Assembly (NCBI GenBank): GCA_946965045.2
Contig: OX337242.1
Coordinates: 1,922,001 to 1,986,000, forward strand
Direction: 5' to 3'
DNA from: Epithemia pelagica
Lineage: Eukaryota > Protista > Bacillariophyta
DNA length: 64,000 bases
The notes under the pieces were generated by a model. The model did not search any database and was not told the origin of the DNA. It saw only the letters and a list, made by a program, of their open reading frames with translations. Made by a program: the position numbers and the translations under genes. Positions 23,596 to 33,710 of this stretch are shown in pieces; position 1 is the stretch's first letter; every line of letters begins with the position of its first letter.

Positions 23596-24209
23596 GGTTG
23601 ACAATGGGGTGTCTTGTTGTCGGAAACAAACCAGGAAGAGCAATCAAACAACATTCCATCAACAGAAATCTTTTCTTTGGAGCGAGGACATGGAAAATTC
23701 TTCGATGGATCGAACGGTTCGGAAGAAAAATAAAACTATAAAAAAGGGCAGGTTCGAAAAGTCCCGTCCGAAAAGCGCCGTGTCGGACAGACGGCGCCAG
23801 GCTATATTGTACAGATGGTAGTTGTTGCTTAAGGTAGCTCTAGTAAGTATCCTTTCTGCTCTCTGTATCTATGACTTCTCTATTGGATTGCCGACAAAGA
23901 GGAATATTCAAAGCCAAAACAAAAGCTCCATGGAACAGAGCCTAATGCACACGATACATCGTGTCATTGTCATGTCAATTGACAAACGTCACGGTGGGTT
24001 GTTTGGTCAATGCAACGACAGCAAAACAACCGAAGAGTGTGCTCGTCATCCTTTGCAACCTGCGCATCGAAAGTCCAAGCTGTTGGAAGGAACTCCAAGT
24101 TCCGGCAACGATGAGGGTGTAGGAGAACCACGTCATTAGTCTAGAATCGGTCCAATAGAGGAGTCCTCGTCTCTTGCACCATGGTCCTCGACCTCGATCG
24201 ATCGAGAGT

Positions 24210-27200
24210 TCAGCCTTGCCCTCGCTTCTTCTTGTTTGTTGTATTCTCCAAGGATTCAAGTTTGACCAGTAGCCCTTCTTGTTGGACATGATCCAGCACA
24301 ATGGACTGCAAGGCATTTTTCATTTGCGTCAAGGAGTGACGTGTCGTCGTCTTGTCGCAATGAATGACGGCCGGCACATGGTCGAGCACTTGGTGCAGGC
24401 GCTGGACCAAGAGACAAGCCGCCGAATCGGGTGGTACGGAATTGTCGACTCTTCCAAACGACCGACACAAGGCCACAAACACTTGCCCGTGGATGCGAAG
24501 CATGGAATGCAGATCGTCTTTGTCATCCGTCCCCCCCTTCGCGCTCCTTGTTCTGGGAGGAAACCGTTCGTTCAGTTCGTGCCACAATTGAAAGGCCTTT
24601 TCTCCCGATTCGGGCAAATGAGAGGAATTGGCATATGCCGTAATCACCGATCCATACGACCGATGATCTGGACGACACTCCAACCGCCGTTTCGAGGAGC
24701 TCCTATTAGTGGATGACAATGACAATGACGTATTAGAATGGGCCAATTGGGACATTTGGCGCAACCCCGCCTCGGCCTTGGAGGCTCGTTGTGGATCGGA
24801 CGACCGCAACCAGGCATGGAGAACGGCATTAAAATGTTTCGTACTGGGCAAGGAATCCACAACCATGCCCGATTCGTAGGCCGCAATCCATTCGCGCAAA
24901 ACCTTGGCCGTTTGCTCGGGATGACCCGCTTTCGACCACACTTGCAGACGGGCATTGTACGAACGACCTTGAGGTCGGAGAACATCTTTTTGGTGGTGGT
25001 GGTGGTCGTCGTTGTCGTGCGCATGGTATTCTTGGATTAATTCTTGAAAGACGGCTTCCGTTTCTGTGGGTCGATTGCGTCTGGACCAAAAGGACATGAG
25101 TGTATTGTACAATTTGGCATTTCGTCTTACACCACTGCGCTTGATTTCGTTCCACAGTGCTTGGACGCGGTTCGGTGCTGCCGGATCGGGGGACCGTGCC
25201 CACGCATGTAAGAGGGCATTGTAGGTGACAGCACCCGGCTTGGCAAGGAGTTGGTGTGCGTTGCTCATCATGAGACGGTACAAGTGCTCCACCGGTGGGG
25301 CTGGATCCTGGACCGTCGGGGACTTGGCCCAGGCCCACATGAGAGATGTATAGGTATAACTGTCGGGAACAAACCCTCGTTCCGTCATGCCCTTCATGAC
25401 AGCCATGGCTCGGTCCAAGGAATCGGGACGATTCGATTGTTTCACCCAGCCATCCATTACGAGATTGAAATGCTGGGCCGTCAGCAACCCCTGTTTATTG
25501 TCCGTGTGAGATGAAGGATGGTTCTGTGAGCGACATAACTGCTTCAAGCATTCTTCGCTCCGTTCGGGTTGTCCGGCGTTGATCCAAGCCATGAGGAGAT
25601 TGACATAACTATTGCTATCCGGTGGTGGAAGCGGAGGGACATTTGTGGGATTGTGCTCCACGCATGAATTCTCCATTCGTTGAAGCAAGGCATCCGCTTT
25701 GTGGGCCGCGGCAGCCGAATGCTGACGCGCGTAGCTCGTCAGTAACGTATTATACAGGTAGGTGGAAAGTCCTGGTCGTTTTCCCGGTACCACCGTTTGT
25801 TCCAGTCGTTCCAAGACGCGTTCCAGAAACTCGGGAGCTTGCGGATGATTGGACAGGGCCCATGAGGCCATAATGCCACTCCACACCTCCACAGGGTTGT
25901 GCATCCACGATGATGATGATGATGATCCTACTTGCCCCGCGTCCCAGGCTTGGAACAAGCGCACCAAGACGTCCTGGGCGGATCCCTGGTTCGTGTCCTG
26001 GGCATGGGCCCACAACAAACTGTTCCAGGTAATCCATCCCGGTTGCAATTGCGGATTGTCCGTTTGTTGGGCCAACTCTTGCAGATACTCAAAGAGTGCA
26101 TCGGCCTCGAGGAGACGACCCGCATGACCGTAGGCGGAAATGACAATGGAAAAGGGAACTTGGGTCAATTCGAATCTGCTGGCCGGGGCGCCTTCTTGGG
26201 TTGGTGGAGACGATCCCGGCGCCAAGGATGACGACGACGATGATGATTGTCGAATGGTGGTGGAGGATGCCGAGTCGTTGAGGTACCGTTGGCATTGTTG
26301 GTCCAAAATGGCTCGGGCGGCCGTGGCGGAATGGGCATGACGACACTGCGCCACGGCATGACAAGCACGATTGTAGGTCACGGCCTGCAATTCGTGTGGT
26401 GCAAAGACTTGATGGAGTTCTGTATACAACTCTTGAATCCGATGAAATGCCGTGTGAGTATGGACCCCTGTGGATCCCGAGTCCTCGTCGTTGGACGACA
26501 GAGCGGAGGACCGGTACGTGTGACGACTGTACGTTTCCATGAGGGCACAATAGACCAGGGGTGTCGGCCGCAAGGCCGATCGATGAGGACAGTGACGGTA
26601 CCAGTCCTCAAGTGCCTGGAAATAGAATTCGGCCCGTTCCGGTGCTTGAGGGAGACCACTGTGAGACCACAAGGCAATGAGATGATACATGGTGGAACTG
26701 TCGGGATGGTATTGGGCATGGTTGGGATTGCCCTGACTGCGATGCAACATGGTTTCATAAATCTCGACATGGGCACGATGGTACGGACAGGGATCAGCAC
26801 CACCATTGGATCCCATGCGGTGTTGTTGTTGTTGTCGTTGAACTGTGGTTGTCTTCTCCAAGGCGTGCAACACAATGGAATACAGGCACGGATGAGGTTC
26901 CACCAATCCAACGTTCTGGTAGTCTTCCATCCGAGAGAGCATGACAAAAGGATCCAAAAAGCGGGCTTCGGACATGTCATTGTCGTGGATCCAAGCGCCA
27001 TCACTGTCAGTGTGAAAGAAGGAGGACCCAAACTCCTCCTCTCCTGCAAGATGGTTGGTGGGTTGTTGTTGGTGGTGGTGATGAATTCTGACAAAGAGGT
27101 AATCTCTCCAGGCCAAGAGCGGAGCACTCCAAACGGGTACCGAGAGCATTGGGTACCGTTGAGAGAAGGTTGTAGTTGGTCGCCCATCATGTTGGAGTTC

Positions 27201-27719
27201 TAGCGACAAGCGATCCAAAATGGCAAATCCATTGTGAATCAATTCCGAATAGACATTCCAAGCCATTGGATGCCTCGACACGGGTTGGAGTTGTGGTTGA
27301 CGCAAGGCTTGGAGCAAGCCTTGTGCTTGGTGCCACGTGCAAGGCGTCAATCGACCACGTGGCGTTGCCAGTATTTGATCTTTTAATCGCATCCAATTGG
27401 TCACATAATCATCCGGCCTACGTCGTCGTTCATTGTCGACTTGGGCTTTGGTAGGAGACCATGGTGGTTGGCGAAGAATCGAATCACTCCTCGAATCCGA
27501 GTGCGAGAGTCTCGTCGTTGTCTTTGTTGTTGTTGTCCATGGTTGGGCCTCTCCAACTGTCAGACTTGTGGTAGTGGTACACAAACTGGTGCAGGAGAGT
27601 GGATTTTTCCAAAGGACAAGGACTTTTTGTTGTTGTTGTTGGCCCCGAGATTGAGCATACGTGAATCGACCGAATGGAGCTCGTGGTCGACCGTGCCTTA
27701 CTGCCACGAGCCCCCACAT
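24210..27719 (-). CDS. Pentatricopeptide-repeat protein (about 1170 aa)
   Basis: Tandem PPR motifs such as PDSYTYTSLMWAWAKS, PGAVTYNALLHAWARS and LYNTLMSFWSRR; basic, hydroxylated N-terminal presequence. Confidence 0.9.
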   Translation of the reverse strand: MWGLVAVRHGRPRAPFGRFTYAQSRGQQQQQKVLVLWKNPLSCTSLCTTTTSLTVGEAQPWTTTTKTTTRLSHSDSRSDSILRQPPWSPTKAQVDNERRRRPDDYVTNWMRLKDQILATPRGRLTPCTWHQAQGLLQALRQPQLQPVSRHPMAWNVYSELIHNGFAILDRLSLELQHDGRPTTTFSQRYPMLSVPVWSAPLLAWRDYLFVRIHHHHQQQPTNHLAGEEEFGSSFFHTDSDGAWIHDNDMSEARFLDPFVMLSRMEDYQNVGLVEPHPCLYSIVLHALEKTTTVQRQQQQHRMGSNGGADPCPYHRAHVEIYETMLHRSQGNPNHAQYHPDSSTMYHLIALWSHSGLPQAPERAEFYFQALEDWYRHCPHRSALRPTPLVYCALMETYSRHTYRSSALSSNDEDSGSTGVHTHTAFHRIQELYTELHQVFAPHELQAVTYNRACHAVAQCRHAHSATAARAILDQQCQRYLNDSASSTTIRQSSSSSSSLAPGSSPPTQEGAPASRFELTQVPFSIVISAYGHAGRLLEADALFEYLQELAQQTDNPQLQPGWITWNSLLWAHAQDTNQGSAQDVLVRLFQAWDAGQVGSSSSSSWMHNPVEVWSGIMASWALSNHPQAPEFLERVLERLEQTVVPGKRPGLSTYLYNTLLTSYARQHSAAAAHKADALLQRMENSCVEHNPTNVPPLPPPDSNSYVNLLMAWINAGQPERSEECLKQLCRSQNHPSSHTDNKQGLLTAQHFNLVMDGWVKQSNRPDSLDRAMAVMKGMTERGFVPDSYTYTSLMWAWAKSPTVQDPAPPVEHLYRLMMSNAHQLLAKPGAVTYNALLHAWARSPDPAAPNRVQALWNEIKRSGVRRNAKLYNTLMSFWSRRNRPTETEAVFQELIQEYHAHDNDDHHHHQKDVLRPQGRSYNARLQVWSKAGHPEQTAKVLREWIAAYESGMVVDSLPSTKHFNAVLHAWLRSSDPQRASKAEAGLRQMSQLAHSNTSLSLSSTNRSSSKRRLECRPDHRSYGSVITAYANSSHLPESGEKAFQLWHELNERFPPRTRSAKGGTDDKDDLHSMLRIHGQVFVALCRSFGRVDNSVPPDSAACLLVQRLHQVLDHVPAVIHCDKTTTRHSLTQMKNALQSIVLDHVQQEGLLVKLESLENTTNKKKRGQG

Positions 27720-28529
27720 GGTTTTCCTTACACGAATGGAGCAAACGACACAATCCTGCACAAGGCTATCGGGATTTCGGGAGGCTCATGCTCGACAGAG
27801 ACAGAAAGAGAGAGAGAGAGATTGCGGTCATCCAACCACGCCAGGAGACGGGAAATTGCTGCCGTATTCGTCCGATGGAACTGCTCTATAGTACACCACA
27901 GATCCACCAAAGAGAATCAATCAATGGAGGATCCAACAACAGCAAGGTCTGTCCAGAAGAAGTGTTTGGTTCTTTGGTTGGCTTTCTTATTCTTCATTCC
28001 AACAACAGACCACATTGAAGCCATAATACGCATCTTTGTTATGGTTCATGGTGCATGCGTGTGTCTGTCGGGTCTGTGGAACAGGAGAATTGCCGTGTTT
28101 GGGTCGCAGAAAATAATGGGCGGACATGCGTTCCCCGACTGTGTTCAACGGACCGGAACGGCTAAGTATCTTTGTGTGGATGGCGTTGCAGAAATTTCCG
28201 AGCCATTATGTCACGCGTCATAAGAGAGCTATGTGACAGTTTGGCGAGCTCGGATGGAATATGGAATGGTTCATGCCATGCCGAGGGGTGTCATCCATGA
28301 CCCAACAAATTCCCGAACAGGGCACAACGGAAAACGGAAGGAAGATGGACCCCAAGCCCAAGCCCCAAGCCCATCGGAATGGACCAAAGGCGTCGACCGA
28401 GTCGGCATGGTTTTCTGCGAGAGGGTGTATCTTTGGATCTCTCTTTGGTTGCTGCCATTCTTTGGTTCTTTGGAACTTGTTGATCTCGCCTCCTCTTTGA
28501 CCAACTCTTTTCGATTTATATTCATCATC

Positions 28530-28760
28530 ATGGCTGGCAATCCGTGCATGGCACTTTTATGGATCTTTCTCTTGATCTTTATTGCCTGGCCGTTGGCCTT
28601 TTTTGCCAGTGGCTTGTGGATCTTTTTGCAGCCCTTTGAAGCCTGCTTTTCCTGTTTGCAAGATTGCAATCAATGTCTCGAAGGCTTTGTCACGTGGCCT
28701 CGCGCCGTGGGAGAAGCCATTTCTTCCTGTGATTCCTCCTGTCCCAAGCCCAACTACTAA
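28530..28760 (+). CDS. Small hydrophobic Cys-rich membrane protein (76 aa, MAGNPC...)
   Basis: Compact ATG-started ORF with a long hydrophobic helix. It resembles small diatom hypothetical proteins from memory, not verified. Confidence 0.65.
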   Translation: MAGNPCMALLWIFLLIFIAWPLAFFASGLWIFLQPFEACFSCLQDCNQCLEGFVTWPRAVGEAISSCDSSCPKPNY

Positions 28761-29449
28761 AGCAAGAACAAGAAGAAGAAGCTACACATGAATCGGCAAG
28801 GTCGGTTCGTTTCTTTCAAACATCTGTGTTGCCCTCTCTCGCTGTAAAGTCGTTTCTTGCCAGGCCCCTCCTTCTTTGCTGAGCACACACCCATTCTTCT
28901 ACGTTCCCACCCGCCTTGGTAGACTTTTGACAGGATGAGAGACCAGTTCCATCTTGATTCCCCACATATATACCTACGACGTACACACACACACACACAC
29001 ACAAGACTTACAAGAATATCCTCAAGACCATGCCTAAAGTAGACACTCGGTATTATTCCCCTACAACGACTGTATTCTCTGTGTATCAAACTACCTACCT
29101 ACCGAATAGAGGGCCGTCGTCTCGACGCCACAGAATCATGTTCGATAGTGGGAGAGATTTATGGTGATGGAGCCTACCTTGCGTGCAGTAGTGCTGTTTG
29201 TTCCCGAAGGAGATGCATCGACCGCACGTGTGTAGGTAGTTGCGGCAGGATAACATTCCTTGCGGTTCATGGTCCACACGGACACATTCCGCCGTCATCC
29301 GTCATAGCCCATTGATTGCACGCAGATGAATCGCGTTTTTTGTGAATCGCGCATTAATGCCGTGACACGCGACACTAGAATCCGATGGATGTGAGGGTGA
29401 GTGATGGTGGAGAGATCATTCCCCTCCCTGTTGTTGTTGTACATCTGGT

Positions 29450-30658
29450 GTGTTGCATCTCATGGCGTCGTCCTCCTCCCAACCTGCCTTATCGCAGGAG
29501 AGGAATCCCTTGTCGACGAATCTGGATGCCCGAGCTCGGACCCTACAATATCGACAAGAATTGGGATTGTTGGTTTCCGAATTTTGGGCTACCGACGAAC
29601 CACGACAAGATTCCACAAGCAATGGAGCCAGGAACTCCTCTCCCACCACCACAAGGATGGAGGACCAGCCTCCACGGCTCCCCCAAGAGTTGGTAGCTCG
29701 TCATTTGGGACAATCCGCGCCACGACCCACCCAACCTCCAAACCAGAAATCCAAGCACCACAAGTCCCAGACGTCCAGACCGCACGAGACGCCCCGTTCG
29801 GTGGTGGATCCCCTGGCAGCCTCACCGTTGGGGGCATCCCACCTTCAGAAAAGTGCGTGGCCATTGTCATTCATGTGGCTTCATCCCGGATTTGTTCCAT
29901 CCACAGTACGACTACGGAAACCAACAACCGCATCGGATCCATCATCCAATGCATCGTATAGTCCCACGTGTCGTACCTGTTGGACGCCTCTTCAACCGGG
30001 TGCCTTGGGATGTACCACCCGACTGGAACAACGTACCGACGGCAGTCCGAGACGAACCCAACGAACGGCTACGCAAAAACGACGCCTCCGGAGGCAAAAA
30101 CAACAGCAACAACAATCGTCCTACCATGCTCGTCCATCCACGCCGCAATTGGCCCATTGGTATCACTACGTGACTGGAACAACACCACCACCCATAAAGG
30201 AAGGGAGGCCTCGTCTCCAACAATTGCGCCTCAGGTGTGGTACCTGCCAGGAATCCACCACCATTCCTCTTCCAGCTGCCGCCCCAAAACGAAAACATCA
30301 CGACACGAAACAACAGGGCACTCCATCCAAATCCAAGCATCCTCCCACCAACCACGACAACCAGGTCCACTACAAGTCCTCCAGAGGCTTGCCAAAGGAT
30401 GCTCCTGCTGGCAAAAAGAGGAGGAGTGCATCCCCAAAGGGTGACACCACTGGAGATTGGTCCGTCGCTCAACCGTTGGACCGTGACTTTCTCCCCTTGC
30501 CAGACTCGAAACAATCTCAAACAAAACGGGACACTTCCCTCACCCGGAAACGCCACAAGAAACAACAACAACAACGACTGGGGGAACCCAAACACAAAAA
30601 GAAGAAGAAGGGGCAAAGTGAACTCTTGAAGTTCTTGTCGTCCTTTAACAATCACTAA
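29450..30658 (+). CDS. Hypothetical protein with an Rpr2/Rpp21-like zinc-ribbon signature
   Basis: CRTCWTPLQPG...R followed later by LRCGTCQ; basic low-complexity tail. Confidence 0.5.
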   Translation: MLHLMASSSSQPALSQERNPLSTNLDARARTLQYRQELGLLVSEFWATDEPRQDSTSNGARNSSPTTTRMEDQPPRLPQELVARHLGQSAPRPTQPPNQKSKHHKSQTSRPHETPRSVVDPLAASPLGASHLQKSAWPLSFMWLHPGFVPSTVRLRKPTTASDPSSNASYSPTCRTCWTPLQPGALGCTTRLEQRTDGSPRRTQRTATQKRRLRRQKQQQQQSSYHARPSTPQLAHWYHYVTGTTPPPIKEGRPRLQQLRLRCGTCQESTTIPLPAAAPKRKHHDTKQQGTPSKSKHPPTNHDNQVHYKSSRGLPKDAPAGKKRRSASPKGDTTGDWSVAQPLDRDFLPLPDSKQSQTKRDTSLTRKRHKKQQQQRLGEPKHKKKKKGQSELLKFLSSFNNH

Positions 30659-30851
30659 ATCACTACTACAAAACAAGGGATTCGTAGACACATGTCACAC
30701 ATTTGGGTAACAAATATTCCCAAAGAACCTATGCGTTACTGTGTTATTCTTGCAAAAAATCCCCACCAATGAAAAGGCGGCATGAGCGACAACGATTGGA
30801 CTTTTGGTTGCAAGACACGAGGTTTGTTTCCGGGTGATAAATGCCCATGCT

Positions 30852-33200
30852 TCATTCGTCCTCATTGGTCGTGGCGTCTACGGCTACGGCAATGCAATGG
30901 GAGATTTGGTCCAGTTCCTGGTCGCTGAGTGGTTTCTTCGGAGCATGTTCCACGTGGTTCAAGTCCAGGACTCGGCCTTGGGCGTCCACGTGCACAACTT
31001 GCCGCACAATGCGAATCACGACATCGTCTTCCGGGTGGTGGTGGTGGAACGACTGGGGGGACGGTCCTGCGGCGGGCGACGCCCACACGAGGGCATAGAA
31101 CCCATAACAGGCCAAACCAAATCCTGTAGTGACCAATAAAAGGAACCACAAGGCCACACCTACTAAAATCCACCATTTGTGTCGTTGAACAAAGGACAAG
31201 GCACGAGCCGTCGTCGTTGGCTTGGGGGATGACACCGAACTACTACGACTGGATGCAACGGCCGTTCGTTGTTGTTGCGTCGTTGTCTTGTGGGCCAATT
31301 CGTTCCGCAAGGCCTGGAGTTGTTGCCGAATCGAGTCCACTGGTTCGGTCACTTGTGGTTGTTTCTCCTTGTTGTTGTTGGTGGTGTTGTTTGTTGTGAC
31401 ACGTCCCGGTCGGGTCCAAAACGAAGCAACCGCATTGTCGGGACCGTTGCTGGCATTCAACTGGTCTTGCAACACTCGATCCACTCCTTGCGCTCGTTTC
31501 TGTGACAAAAAGTCGTGCAACACTCGATGAAAATAGTCGGCAGCCGTATCATCGTCGTTCTCGGTTGGGGTTTGCAACAAAGTGGCCGTTGCGGTTTGTG
31601 AAGGAGCGTTGGTGAGAGGCTCGGGCACCCACTCGGGACCTTGTTCGGCCATTGGAGCCGTGTCAATGGGCGTTCGAGCACGTTTTCGTGTTCGACTCGG
31701 ACGACCCCCTCCTCGCGTGGTTGGCGAGTGTATGCTGGACCGTGTATCCTCGTTTGTCGGACCATCTTCCACATCGGGTACCACCACGGTCGAGCTTGTG
31801 CTTGTGCTTGGTGGGGTGTGCCTCTGAATTGGGGCCGTTCGCGCCGGCGAATGGTGTTGGGCAATTTGATTTCGCAAATACTCCACATGAACGTCATTGC
31901 GTGCTCGTTCGTCCCAATGAACGGCACTGCGGTTGGCATTGCTGCGTGGATCATCATAGTGTCCTTGGTAATCATCAAACGACGCAGTCGTTGTATCCTT
32001 GTCATTGGCACTGCAAGAATCCTGGTCGTTGTCGTCGTTGGGGCACACGGGCCCCGAGTTTCCTTTGGTAACTCGTTCATTCAAAGAGGCCGAAAAGCCA
32101 GGGACCTGACAATCCTTCTTGGGTTGGTCCGAGACTCCAAGGCTACTCAAAATCGCCTCTTCGACGGTTGTATTGGGATTGCGTAACAAGACTCGATCGT
32201 GGTAGGTTGTTTGTTGATAGGCACCGCGATGTTGTCGTCGTCGTTGTTGCTGTTGTTGCTTTTGTTTCGTGCGGCGGGCCGGTTCCGTTTCCTTCTTGTC
32301 TTGGGAACAATGACCCGCGGCTCCATCGAGGAGGGCATCTTCCATTTCCAGGGCATAACACAAGTAGGCCGTGACTTCGGCCACGGCAGCCGTGGTCTGC
32401 GGATCGGCCCAGACGGCACACAGCGCCCACCACAATTCGTGTCCATCGAGGAGGGCCTGTTGCACGCGTCCCGAACTCAGCACTTGAAGGATTCGTGTCA
32501 GGGCAATGGTCCATTGTTGGCCCAATTGCTTCATTTCCGGTGTATACAAGGCTTGGCCCAAGGACACGACACTGGCTGTGAGATCCACCACGACTTGTCG
32601 TGTGGCCGTGCTACTGAGACAATCCAACAGGTCGCCCAACACGAGAACGAGGCGGTGTCGAAATTCGGAACCGGATTCGGTGGACCCCAAGACGGCCATG
32701 AATTGGACGAGGGCCAATTGGAAAATGCGCAACCAATCCTGGACTCGTTGCGGTGTGGCTTGTCCCAACACTTGGACCGTGGCTTGCCACAATTGCGGCA
32801 ACACGACCGTGCGCGTAATGTGCAAGGGAGGTGCCACGACCTTGCCCGTGGCCGTCAAGGTCCAACCGCCCGCCACTTTTAAAAATTCCACCGTCCCGGC
32901 CACTGCCGAAGCCAAGACTTGATCCGGCAAGGAGGGTCCGGCGGCAGTAGGGGATGGAGCGTCGTCCTGGACAACTCGGTTGTTTGGACGATGATACGGC
33001 TGGCGACGATGGGTTGGATCCGAACCACTGCTTTTGTTGTGAGGAAATGACCTTGTCATGTTGGTTTCACCCATTGTATCATGATCCACGCCTGGAGAAT
33101 CAATGCCCTGCTCTGCGGGCAACACGCGGTGCTTCTCGGTTGGCTCTGAATCGTGCGGTGCACCTTGTGGTGGAGATTCGGACAAAGACTCAGTCGTTCC
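30852..33200 (-). CDS. Hypothetical protein with a C-terminal transmembrane segment (about 780 aa)
   Basis: Long uninterrupted ORF; helical N-terminal block; hydrophobic WWILVGVALWFLLLVTTGFGLACYGFYALVW. Confidence 0.7.
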   Translation of the reverse strand, partial: GTTESLSESPPQGAPHDSEPTEKHRVLPAEQGIDSPGVDHDTMGETNMTRSFPHNKSSGSDPTHRRQPYHRPNNRVVQDDAPSPTAAGPSLPDQVLASAVAGTVEFLKVAGGWTLTATGKVVAPPLHITRTVVLPQLWQATVQVLGQATPQRVQDWLRIFQLALVQFMAVLGSTESGSEFRHRLVLVLGDLLDCLSSTATRQVVVDLTASVVSLGQALYTPEMKQLGQQWTIALTRILQVLSSGRVQQALLDGHELWWALCAVWADPQTTAAVAEVTAYLCYALEMEDALLDGAAGHCSQDKKETEPARRTKQKQQQQQRRRQHRGAYQQTTYHDRVLLRNPNTTVEEAILSSLGVSDQPKKDCQVPGFSASLNERVTKGNSGPVCPNDDNDQDSCSANDKDTTTASFDDYQGHYDDPRSNANRSAVHWDERARNDVHVEYLRNQIAQHHSPARTAPIQRHTPPSTSTSSTVVVPDVEDGPTNEDTRSSIHSPTTRGGGRPSRTRKRARTPIDTAPMAEQGPEWVPEPLTNAPSQTATATLLQTPTENDDDTAADYFHRVLHDFLSQKRAQGVDRVLQDQLNASNGPDNAVASFWTRPGRVTTNNTTNNNKEKQPQVTEPVDSIRQQLQALRNELAHKTTTQQQRTAVASSRSSSVSSPKPTTTARALSFVQRHKWWILVGVALWFLLLVTTGFGLACYGFYALVWASPAAGPSPQSFHHHHPEDDVVIRIVRQVVHVDAQGRVLDLNHVEHAPKKPLSDQELDQISHCIAVAVDATTNEDE

Positions 33201-33710
33201 CATCGTGGTTCGAATTCTCTGGCATGAAAATGGAACGAGATAGGATATTGGTAACTGGTAATTGACAATTGGGACAGTGCAGAGTTCAGAATGATTTTGA
33301 AAGAGAGTCAAAGCCTATTTCTATAGGTTCGAGGTTCGAGGTGTTTCGTCATCACTTGTGCCCCTCTTTTCTGACGACGCAAAAATTCATTCGCACAAAA
33401 AAAATGGTGCGCGAAATGTTGTGAGCGCGGAAGAAAGCAAAGAAGAGATCGCCGCGCGTGACTGAGACATTTGTACAATTACTATCAATTCCGCGCGATC
33501 GTGTCTGTCACGCGGCGAGCCGTCTATTCCTCACTTTTCTGCTCAGTCTCGGGATGACCAAAACGATCGAACGGTTAGAGAGAACGCAGACCTCACAAAT
33601 CCATCCCCAAACGACCAAGTATACGACACATCGGAACAGAGAAGACGACTGGAGTGTCCACGGGCATACGATATTCTATAGAGTGAGAGACTTTGAACAC
33701 AAACCACAAG

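Noticed and set aside
20092-23643. Two separate genes as the ORF track suggests (752 aa and 411 aa)
   Set aside because: A phase-compatible 114-nt GT-AG intron joins them into one PPR gene.
23740-23780. GGTTCGAA T-loop-like words (also near 33325) as tRNA genes
   Set aside because: The surrounding sequence does not fold into a cloverleaf.
24256-27654. Numerous short antisense and alternative-frame ORFs over long genes (here and elsewhere)
   Set aside because: Expected shadows of GC-balanced coding sequence; no motifs.
28982-29003. (AC)n, (AG)n at about 27808 and codon-type (GTT/CAA/GAC)n runs
   Set aside because: Ordinary microsatellites or poly-Q/T/D coding tracts.
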